Below are positions 24,972 through 35,689 of a stretch of DNA of 64,000 nucleotides, piece after piece. Both the position numbers and the translations under genes were made by a program. The notes beneath the pieces were generated by a model. It was not told the origin of the DNA, did no database searches, and saw only the letters and a program-made list of their open reading frames with translations. Position 1 is the first letter of the stretch; every line of letters begins with the position of its first letter. Source of the DNA: Xylographa opegraphella (Eukaryota). The DNA lies in NCBI GenBank assembly GCA_022813865.1, contig JALDZX010000042.1, positions 124,001 through 188,000 of the forward strand. Reading direction: 5' to 3'.

Positions 24972-25607
24972 ATGGAGAGGAACACGCTCGTTCGGTTGGG
25001 TTTCGCTGCACGTATCTGTATCTGCTTCAAGCAACCCAGGGCACTTCGTCCTTTCACCATTGCGTCTCAAGGCACCTCAGCACCCGCCTCTTATCAAAAT
25101 GCCCCTTTCAATCGGCCTACGAACAACTCTCAGTCCGGTCTGGGTCGCCTGAGCATGGACTTTGGTTTAAAGCAAGATTCATCAATCACCAGTTCTCTTC
25201 CCCAATACCTCTCCCCACCAGCAGCCCCTGTTGCGCCCCCTCACCACCTTCACGTCTTCTCCAGCAAGCACAACACGCATATCACCCTCACGCGACCGGA
25301 CCGGAATCCAATAATAGCTGTCTCAACTGGCAATCTGGGCTTTAAGAAGGCTGCCCGAGGGACGTACGATGCGGCGTACCAGCTTGGGGCCTATATGATG
25401 AACCGGATACAACAGGAAGGCTTGTTGGCAAAGATCCAGAAATTGGAGCTCGTGTTGAGAGGTTATGGGGATGGGAGGGAAGCCATCAAAAAAATACTCC
25501 TAGGGAGTGAGGGAATGGGCCTCAGGCCTCGAATAGTGAGGGTGACGGATGCAACGCGGCTGAAGTTTGGCGGGACAAGGAGTAAGAAGCCAAGGCGTCT
25601 GGGTTGA
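24972..25607 (+). CDS. MRPS18: Mitochondrial ribosomal protein uS11m (yeast Mrps18-like)
   Basis: HHLHVFSSKHNTHITLT..STGNLGFKKAARGTYDAAYQL..LRGYG.GREA..VTDATRLKFGGTRSKKPRRLG. An upstream in-frame ATG at 24894 gives an acidic leader, so it is a less likely start. Confidence 0.9.
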   Translation: MERNTLVRLGFAARICICFKQPRALRPFTIASQGTSAPASYQNAPFNRPTNNSQSGLGRLSMDFGLKQDSSITSSLPQYLSPPAAPVAPPHHLHVFSSKHNTHITLTRPDRNPIIAVSTGNLGFKKAARGTYDAAYQLGAYMMNRIQQEGLLAKIQKLELVLRGYGDGREAIKKILLGSEGMGLRPRIVRVTDATRLKFGGTRSKKPRRLG

Positions 25608-26169
25608 GAGGCCAGCAAAGCCCTTTTCGCTACCCAGTTTATGGCATATTCGATGATAGGGATGAAATTTGAGGCTGAGGCAGAGCAACACCAAAGCCCC
25701 TTCTCGGCATGTAAGGGCAGTGACCAAGACCGCGTCACTTTTCCGCCATTGTGCAGTTTTTGGCGAGTCACATGCTCTCAGAAAGGACCAGGTACGCAAT
25801 TATTATGAGTGGAGGGCAGACTGCGTCTAGGTCCATTGGTAGTGATGCTAGTCAACTCAGGTCTTGTGATGAGAGCACCATCATAGCTACAAAACGCCGG
25901 TCAGGTTACACGGTACATTACCCAAAATGGCCATCTAGCTGGTGTCGGAAAAGGTCACGATATGCGACGATTGAGATTCACTAGCCAACAGATGCCGAAG
26001 ATCCTCTCACATATCGACTACACCATGCAGATTAGTTTTTTCCACTTCTTAAAATTCCATTTGTTGGGGCTACATAGGAAGTATACTATACACGATGCTT
26101 CAGTGTGAAACTTTCCGATAATATATGCACATGTTGGCTGCCATTCGCACATCGTACACTCCCCGAGAG

Positions 26170-27722
26170 TTACTTATCAAAGTTGTATCGAAGCCATTCC
26201 CCTACCGCTTTCAAGCTCTCATATCTCACGTTCTCGTCGGGTTCGGCCATAAGCTCCATGACTCTTCCTTTCAAGCCCAGTTTTTCCAGCTCTCCTCGCT
26301 TCTCCGGACACTCCTTGACTAACCAGCCAACATCGTTGCATGCAATTGCGAGAACCTGTTTATCACTATCCCAGCTCTTACCCATGATTTCTGCAAGTTT
26401 TTTTGGCAATTCGCCCTTGTTATCAGTCACAATCTTGCTTGCGTTCTCTCGCCAGAAAGTCTGATCACGGTGAGGTGGAGACCACTTCAGGTGACCCGCA
26501 AGAACTTCAGAGGAATACTCGTCCAACGTCGTCTGTGAACTTGTATAATCATCTAACATATCCGTAAGACTTTGAAGGTCATCAAGCAGGTCTGGATCCG
26601 TAAGGTGGCGACCTTTGAGGTTGGATAGTAAATTTGGTAGGCGTACAGATACAGCGGTAGTGAGAAGGTAGGGACGATTTGACGTAGGAGTTAGCAGATT
26701 GAGGAGGGTAGAGAGGAGGAGGCGGGTGGTTTTTTCTTTGGGTGAGAGGCGGAGCAGCTGTGTATATAGGGGAATAATTTCGTACTCCCTGACGAATAGG
26801 GTCAGCGACGAAGACCTGATCCAGCAATCCATGCGAACTTACTCTTCGAGACCTTTTCCGACCAGGGAGCTTTCATAGCTGAGTTGCCAAATTACAAGTA
26901 GCACATGATATAGCACTTGGAGGCCTACCCCACCACCAAGGCCTGCATCAGTAGCACTTCTGATGCTTGCCCCTCCTGACCAGAGAGTAGAGTCTGTGTC
27001 CTTGCCTGCACCACCAGCTGTACGTAGGATTTCCATAAGTGGACCGACCGTTTCTTGGCGTTGTTTCCAGAACAACTCTCGAGACTTTTTCGTTCGGAGA
27101 ACTGTCGAATACTCCTGCACTGCTATATCCTGTAGGCCACTGTCTTGACTTTTGGTTAGACCAGACAGGTATCTGTAGAGCTTCGGGAGAGCTTCATCAG
27201 TCTGTGGTGTTGACTTAGGGAATTTTGTCTGCGCTGCCGAGATGAGGCTTGCTAGTACCGAAGACGTAAGCAACGGAATCGGGTCTTCCGAATTTGTTGA
27301 GTGGGTCAATAGTGGTAGGAATGGTTTGTATGGGTCTGAATGGTCAAGCAGAGCGGAAGGTAGACCAGGAACGTCTAAGGGCGAGCGTCAGTCACATACT
27401 CTGAGTGTCTCGATACACATAGTCTACCATTGAGTAAGTCGCCAGTCAAGACCAGAATATATTGTACTACGTCTGCTCTTTTCGCAGCGGACTCCAGGAC
27501 ACTCTTCCCGCTATCTCCGCCCAGCAGTAAGTCTCGGTATGTTCCTATGTCAGCCTCAACAGTTTGCTTCCTTTGTTCCTTCCTGACTTTATCAACAGCT
27601 TTGATCTTCTTGAGATCTTGGTCGGTGATTGTACCAGCTCGAACAGCACCTTCCCATGGTATTGGCCGAGCTCGGATGTTGTTCTGTAGGGAATTGAGGT
27701 ATGTTGGTGGATCGAGAGACAT
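26170..27722 (-). CDS. VMA13: V-type ATPase V1 subunit H
   Basis: MSLDPPTYLNSLQNNIRARPIPWEG..GLQVLYHVLLVIWQLSYE | ..KEKTTRLLLSTL..LKWSPPHR...FWRENA..AIACNDVG..KGRVMELM..VRYESL. Two introns. Confidence 0.95.
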
Positions 27723-28040
27723 TCTAGTGAAGTTCTATGTACACAAAAGGGATTGAGATAAAGAGAAATTGCGTGCAAGTTGTGGAATAGTCCAGCAACT
27801 TTCGTGATCAGAGTGTGAGCTCCAGTTGGCCTTATCGACGTTCAGATGTGGGCTGAGAGCTCAAAGCTTGGCGTCATCGACCACGGAACTGTATTCCACT
27901 GCAAGCTAACTGCATTGAGCTTGATGATAGGTTCGGGGTACAGCTCACAGCCTGTACTTTCATGTTGCTGCCCCGAAGCGGTTTCCACACTCTCGTGTTT
28001 GTATAGAGCGCTGTGGTTTACTTAGAGAATCAGGAATCTA

Positions 28041-31000
28041 ATGATGACAAGTCTCAAAAGAAGTCTTGCGACTGATCCCCAGGCAGCAAATATATCTAGC
28101 AAAGTCTTTGTAAGGTCTACGAAAAATGGCAAAGTCCAAAAGATTGTTAGAGAGCTGTACTTGAGACAAGACATTCCGTGCTCATCGAGGTTATGCTCTC
28201 TCTGTCTCTCCAGTGCACCAGCCGACGCTGAAGGCAATGGTAATCAAATTTTATATCCTTATGGAGCCTATTGTCTGATGTATAAATAGTCGCTCCTTTC
28301 GTTCTTTCTGAGAAGCCCAACAGAATTAAAAAATACTCAAATGGTCATTATCTCGTACCGGACACCAATGCGTTACTCAATGCTATGGATCTGTTTGAGC
28401 AATCCTCGGCCTTTTACGACGTGATTGTACTCCAAACAGTACTTGAGGAACTGAGGAACCGGTCACTTCCATTGTATAACCGTCTCATTGGACTGACTAA
28501 GAGCGAGCAAAAAAGATTCTATGTATTTTTCAACGACTTTCGGCTTGAGACCCATGTTGTGCGGGAACAGGGAGAAACCATCAATGATCGAAACGACAGG
28601 GCTGTTCGTCGTGCTGTCAAGTGGTATAGCGAACATCTCGAGCAAGCCATCCAGTCCTCCACACGAAAAAGACCCTGTCCTACTATTGTCATGCTTAGCG
28701 ATGACAAGGAGAATTTACGAAAGGCAAGGGAGGACAAACTTACAGCGTCTTCCCTCTCAGACTATGTTTCGCAGCTTGAAGATGCAGATCGTCTTCTCGA
28801 CATGATGAGTGCCTCAGATTCTAGCCAGATAGTTAGAGATGGTAAAGTGGAGCTTTTGTATCCAGAATACTATTCAATGTCAAAGATCAATACCGGCATC
28901 AAGGCCGGTAATCTGCATCAAGGTATTTTCAACGTATCAACATACAATTATCTGGAAGCCTCTGTTCATGTAGCAGCTTTTGACAAGTCACTACTTGTCC
29001 TGGGTCGAGACAACAGTAATCGGGCGGTTCAAGGCGACGTTGTTGTCCTCGAAATCCTCCCAAAACCACAATGGAAGTCACCCTCAACTAAAATCATTGA
29101 AGAGGAATCTCTAAACAAGAACGAAAATGCGGATGCTGATTATGTCGAACCAGTGGTAACAGAACAAGAACGTATGGCATTACAAGATGAGGTTAGGAAG
29201 ACACACGGCAGAAGTAATGAAGGTCGGCCACAACCTACGGCTCGAGTGGTTGGCGTCGTGAAGCGAAACTGGCGACAATACGTGGGCCATGTTGACAGTA
29301 GCTCAAGCTCGATATCGAAACAGGGTCGAAAACAACAGACTGTGTTCCTCATACCGATGGACAAAAGGATTCCAAAGATTAGAATTCGAACTAGACAAGC
29401 TGATGAGCTCATGGGTAAACGAGTGCTCGTGACGATAGATGCGTGGGACCAAGAATCCCGCTACCCTGTTGGCCACTTTGTGCGGTCTTTGGGAGAACTC
29501 GAAACAAAGGGTGCCGAAACCGAGGCTCTCTTGCTCGAGTATGACGTTCAATACAGGCCGTTTCCTAAGGCCGTACTAGATTGCTTACCTGCCGAAGGCC
29601 ATGAATGGAGAGTACCGGCAACCACTGATGACCCTGGTTGGCGCGATCGCAAAGACCTCCGAGACCTTTTGGCCTGCAGCATTGATCCTGTGGGATGTCA
29701 AGACATCGATGATGCGCTTCATGCCCGCCCTTTAGCAAATGGCAATTTCGAAGTCGGTGTGCACATCGCAGACGTTTCTCACTTTGTCAAGCCAAACAAT
29801 GCCATGGATACGGAGGCTAGTATTAGAGGTACTACCGTATACCTTGTGGACAAACGAATTGATATGTTGCCCATGCTTTTAGGTACCGACCTTTGTTCCT
29901 TGAAGCCGTATGTCGAGCGATACGCATTCTCAACAATATGGGAAATAACACCGGAAGCCGATATCGTCAATTCGATGTTCACAAAATCGGTTATTAGGTC
30001 AAGGGAGGCATTCAGCTACGAACAAGCACAACTCTGTATCGATGACAAGTCTCAAAAAGACGATCTCACCAAAGGTATGCGGACGCTTTTGATGCTATCG
30101 AAGAAGCTCCGGCGAAAACGTATGGAAGCAGGAGCGCTAAACCTGGCTAGTCCGGAAGTTCGCGTGCAGACCGAGAGTGAGACGTCCGATCCAGTGGATG
30201 TCAAAACCAAGGAGATGCTCGATACAAACTCACTCGTCGAAGAGTTCATGCTTCTCGCCAACATCAGTGTTGCTGGCAAGATTTACTCCGCGTTTCCCCA
30301 GACCGCACTTCTTCGTCGCCATACCGCTCCTCCAAAGACAAACTTCGAGGAACTTTCCAATCAACTGAAAGTCAAAAGAGGCCTTGAGCTCAAAACGGAA
30401 AGTTCTAAAGCGCTTGCCGATTCACTCGATACGTGCGTCGACCCAAAGGAGGCATTCTTCAATACTCTGGTTCGCATCATGGCCACTAGATGCATGATGT
30501 CTGCAGAGTACTTTTGCTCCGGCACCCAAGCGTATCCCGAGTTCTGTCACTACGGTCTCGCGAGCGAGATCTATACCCACTTTACGAGTCCTATCCGGCG
30601 ATATGCAGATCTTGTGGCTCACCGACAACTCGCCGCTGCCATCGAGTACGAAGGTATCGATGCGAGTTTACGCAGTAAGAACAAACTCGAGGGCGTGTGT
30701 AAGAACATTAATGTCCGGCATCGCAACGCACAGATGGCAGGACGAGCCAGTGTGGAGTACTACGTGGGACAAGCATTGAAGGGAAGGATTATCGAAGAGG
30801 ACGGATTCGTCATGAAGGTATTCTCGAATGGTTTCGTGGTGTTCGTACCCCGGTTTGGGATCGAAGGTCTGATTCGCTTACGAGATCTGGCCACGCCGGA
30901 GCCGGAGGGTATATTTGATGCGGAGCAGTACGTGTTGAGGACTACAGGGAGCAGGAAAATGAAGGTCGAGCTGTTCGAAAAGGTCAGGGTGAAAATCAAC

Positions 31001-31057
31001 GATGTGAAGGAGGAGAGCACGGGGAAGAGGAAGTTGAAGATGGAGTTGATTGGCTAG
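28041..31057 (+). CDS. DIS3: Exosome catalytic subunit Dis3/Rrp44 (PIN + RNB)
   Basis: KIVRELYLRQDIPC | intron approx. 28239-28289 | VPDTNA..ETINDRNDRAVR (PIN), SIDPVGCQDIDDALH (RNB catalytic Asp), YTHFTSPIRRY. Confidence 0.97.
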
Positions 31058-31747
31058 AACCAATGGAAGCGAGATTTGCGATGGAAGGAGTGAATATCAG
31101 AGTAGTGTGCCTCAAGGCAATCCAAAATGTACGATGGAGGGATTGTAAACCAGAGCACTAGAAGGCTTTCAATATCGCCCATCAGGGCCTTCGTCTCAAT
31201 CCAGCTCCACTGGTGAATCTGCCTCCCCTTTGCCTCTCATTGCCCTCGCAATAGCTTCTTGGTAAAAGCATTCCGGCAGGTACAGTTGATTGCTTCAAGG
31301 ATACTTTAACAATTCTTTAAGAATAATCCTATAGTAATGCTAAGGCCCTATTACCAGGTCACGTTCCGGGCGACGTTCATACATCCTCGGAAACAAATCC
31401 CGTTTCTTCGACAAGCGATATCCGGTGCGATCAGTTTATGAAATCTGGCCCGTCGTGGGTACTTTCTCAGATGCCACACATCTGAACGATACTATAGAAA
31501 GATCCAAGCACAGTCATGGTGGGAAATCCGTCACTAGCAGCCACATAGATACATTTCTGTATTTAACCATACATACACTAGACACCACAAATGTAAAGAC
31601 TCCCTGCCCCCTCCCAAAGCCTGCGATCGCAAACATGCCAATGCAACACGAAGCATCCCTACTCCTGACATGAAATTTCAGCCCACGCACCCACAAGCCC
31701 CTATCAAGAAACCACCCTTCCCCCCCCTTCTTTTCCCAGATCACCCC

Positions 31748-33124
31748 TTAAGCAACCAACGGACACCCACTCCCTTTAAACACCGGATTCAGCTTCCCCG
31801 CCGCCCACATAACGACCTCCAGCGGCAAGGTCAGCACGCCACTCAAACTACTCGGCACATTCTCCGTCGCGAACTGATACAGCAAACACTTAACCGCGGC
31901 CCCGTTCCCCGTCAATTTGCCGCCGGTGATGACGGAGCCGAAGGAGCCCACGGCGTCGAAATTGCCCAGCCCGGCATTGCCGCCGAAGAGGACCGGGTGC
32001 TCGAGGTACTGAGCGACGATCTCGTTCCCGACGTCGAGGTTGGAGTACGCGCTGACGCGGTTGTACCAGTTGGCGGGGATCTGCTCGGGCACGTGGGACC
32101 AGCCGCCAGCGCCGTCGCGGACGGCGCCGAAGAAGGAGGCGATGGTCGGGAGGTCCGGGGTGCCGGCGGGGCCGAAGGAGGGGAAGAGCTCGTAGAGGAA
32201 GGAGGCCGCGCCGTAGAGGAGTAGCGCCTTGGGGCCGTAGTAGAAGTTGCCGTTCTCAGCTTTGGACTGGGCGTAGCGCTGCGAGCGGTAGAGCGCAAGG
32301 CCGTCGCGGTTGAAGGTACCTTGGCAGGTGACGTCCATGTAGCCGAAAAGGGTGCCGTTGAATGAGTGATCATCGCCGGTGAGATAGTAGTCGTCGCGAG
32401 TGAGTGAGGTGTCGCCTTCGAATTTCTGGGGGCGAGTGTCAGTATGGTAGCAGTTGTGACCGTTGCATAAACAAGACGGTATTGGACGATGGAAAGAAGC
32501 GTACGTTGTGGCCGTTCAATCCCAGTTCGTCTCCGAGCAGATCACCTGTAGCAGAGGTGCGAGAAGTGGCATCGCAACCGATGGAGAGCTTCTCCGTTAT
32601 GACATCGCCATCCAAGGCAATGCCGAGAGTTGCAAGCAGCACAGCAAGATCATAGCCGACATTGTATAGGTTTTGCTGAGCGTCCACAAGTTCGTCAAAG
32701 TTAGTGATACCGTCATGGCTGAGGAACTGTTCCTAGTCAGCTCATTTGTGGTATCCCAACATGAACAACACTTGCTTACGTTGTGATTGGCAGCTGCGTT
32801 CAGCCCCGGACAAGGACCCCGGATATCGTTTGCTCCTGGAGCGGTGAAGGCGTGGGCAGTATCGCCTTTTGCTGGAACTAGGATACCGCCCTTCTGTGTC
32901 CCAGCAAGACCATTCTGCGCTCCAGTATAGGGGTATTTCGAGCTGTATGGTGCAGCGCCCGGGTGATTGGCATTGAATGGGCATGTCGCTTGGTCTGACT
33001 GACGCTTCATGGGGGTAGAACGTCTACCAAGCAGAGATGAATCAACACCAGGCATACTGGCAACCCATGGGAAGGCGGCCGTCACTTGAGCCATAATGGC
33101 AAGGGAGTAGATGAGTTGAGACAT
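31748..33124 (-). CDS. Secreted heme-thiolate peroxidase / unspecific peroxygenase (chloroperoxidase-like)
   Basis: Signal peptide, RGPCPGLNAAANH (proximal Cys PCP motif) | FLSHDGI.. GLNGHN | KFEGDTSLTRDDYY (EGD motif)..IPANWY. Two GT-AG introns. Confidence 0.92.
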
Positions 33125-34056
33125 GATGCTACACAGTTTACAGTTTCAGGCAGAGGCTCCAAGGCAGTTATATAGTTCAGAGAACATGGCACTTGTACAA
33201 GGATCAGTAGAGGTTTGCGTGACACAGTTGTCAATGGTCTGAATCGCGGTCGAAGTGTGGGACGGTTCCCACGGATTGAGGACATCAACTCGGTCAAGAG
33301 ACGCAGGACCGCAGCCGGCGTTCTCGCCCACGCCTCCAATGGGAAGAAAGTGTTTGCATCGAAAAAAGAAAACGAGCACCAAGAGTGCGTAGGACAGACT
33401 TGCGATTGGCGGTGCTGTTGACAAGCTGAGCATCGAGCTCCTCGTTCCGGCCACTTCTCCCTCCAGCCTCTAGAGCGAATGGAGCATTAGCCCCGGACGG
33501 AATGGCGCAATAGGAAATCCACGATGACGATGGTGGCCGGTCTTAGCGCGGATCTCCACAAGCCATCACCCGATCCGGCAACGTCACAAACCCTAACCTC
33601 ACCGTCTTCCCCACATCTCTTTCTTTCGCTGTTCTCGACGGTGTGACATCGGTGAGGGTCAAGGCGGAGAACCTCGGCAGTGCAATCACGCAGGTGCACC
33701 CCATGGCCACGTACGAAACGGACATGAACACGAAGGATGGGATGATGAAGGCTTTCTGCTATAGCGCACCCGAAGGCTTGTACAGTATATGGAAGTCTGG
33801 AGGAGGACACCATGGCCGGTTTGGAGCAACAAGGCAAGTGCACGTAGTTACCGAGCAGACCAAACGCTGATAGCGTTAGCAAAGTGTAAGCCAGGATTCC
33901 TTATTAAGCCAATGAAGGGCAGCAGCCTTTGTTCAGACACTCAATTGGATGACCTGCGGTGGAAGCTTTCTGCCGAAAGGCGAAGGTAATTCATCATTGT
34001 TCTCCCTTCGCCTACCATAACCGGTGGACTTGAAATAATACTTTCGAGTCATCCCT

Positions 34057-35689
34057 TTAAGCTTTGGCCGCCCCCGCTTTGATTAAGAGTATATCGCCGT
34101 CCATAACCTAGTTCGCAAATGGTCAGTACCGATCGTAACGGCGCGAGGGAGGAACCTACCACATAGTCCTTCCCCTTCGTCAATACCTTGCCGGCCGCTT
34201 TCACCCCGGCTTCGTCGCCGACTTCTTTCAGGACTTCGAAGTTATAGACTATACACTGGATGAATGTCTTTTCAAAGTCTGCATGATCATCATCAGCTTC
34301 ACGCCTGCGCCCGTCTCCCTATCATAGGCACTCACCGCCATGGATGACACCGGCAGCTTGTGGGGCTTTAGTCCCGTTCCGTATGGTCCATTGCCTCACC
34401 TCATCGGTGCCGGTGGTGAAGAAGCTCCCCAAGTTCAGCGCTTTCCTCATCGTCACTATGATCTTGGGCAGAGCAGATTTCGTCCCCAATTTCTTGCACT
34501 CCTCCTCGACCTCGGCTTCAGTGTCGAATCTGGTCAGGCGTTCCTCGAAAGAGATTGATAAAGGCAAGATCGGGTCCCCAGTCGCATGCTCCTTGACCCA
34601 TTCCGCGATCTTTGGAAGATGCTTGTTCTTTTGTCGTATATAATCCTTCTCACTGAGATTGACCAGGTAAACAACGGGTTTAGCGGTGAGCAGGAATAGC
34701 GGGTTGATGACCTCGACCTAAGAACATGATTTAGCTCAGGGCACTTTCTGGCTAATTCAAGTTCAAGGACGTAGGGAATTTGTATCAGACAGGGACTTCA
34801 TCTCATTCGGCCTCTACGTGAGATTGTATATGAGACCTATCGTAGAGCTGGGATTATGTCGAGCGTATCGCTCTTGTTCATCATGAAGGATATATGCTGG
34901 GGAAAGATGGGAATGGAGTCGTTAACATACCTCTTTCGGACTCCAGCTCTCCTTTCGGACATCCTTGCCGTCCTTCAACCAAGCCAAGATCTTCTCAACT
35001 GTAGCTTCCTCTTCTTTCAACTTCTTCATCTCGAGACTTTGTCCACCTCTTCGGGTCTGCTTTTTGAGATTCTCTAATGCTTTCTCCACAAATTCGATGT
35101 CTTTTATCCGCAGTTCCTCGCTGATAATGTCTAGATCTCGAATTGGGTCGACATCGCCCTCGACATGTATAATCTCAGCATCATCGAAGCATCTCACGAC
35201 TTGGAAGATAGCATCGACAGCTCTGATATGCGAAAGGAACGCGTTTCCGAGCCCAGCTCCAGTGGAGGCGCCTCGCGTCAATCCCGCGATATCGTAGACT
35301 GTTAGGTTTGCAGGAACTTGAGATTTCGGTTTGTAGTGATCGCATAGCCAGTCATATCTTACATCTGGTACAATAACTCGAGCCTCTTCAGGCTCTATGG
35401 TAGCATAAGGGAAATTCTAAAGCATTTCAGCTCCTGCGACTTCGACTTGAACCATTTTTTGTAGGCTTCTTACTGCAGGATTGCCCAGCGAGCATTTCGT
35501 AATCGCTTGGAACAGGGTCGACTTCCCAACGTTGGCAAGCCCAACCTGGAGAGAAAGCCGTGGTTAGCGCTTTGCGTCTTGTCACTGGAAGAGCCGATGA
35601 GGAGTCCTACATACGATACCACTTTTCAAAGAGTTCCCTGGTCTTCCCAGGAGAAGCTTCTTCTCTTCTTCCTTCTTCTTGGGAGGCAT
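34057..35689 (-). CDS. OLA1: Obg-like ATPase Ola1/YchF
   Basis: MPPKKK..LLGRPGNSLKSGI | VGLANVGKST | NFPYATI.P..DIAGL.RGAS.G.GLGNAFLSHIR..FFTTGTDEVRQWTI..APQAAGVIH | ..GKDYV|VMDGDIL. Multi-exon. Confidence 0.96.
34780..34889 (-). ncRNA. Candidate intronic C/D-box snoRNA
   Basis: Lies in the 213-nt OLA1 intron 34930-34718, on the sense strand. Box C ATGATGA at 34884-34878, box D CTGA at 34788-34785. Antisense tracts to recalled LSU rRNA sequence are described under findings. Confidence 0.6.

Noticed and set aside
31670..32373. Long antisense and alternative-frame ORFs over the peroxygenase exon (also over the AKR gene and the VPS9 last exon)
   Set aside because: Expected by-product of very high GC3.
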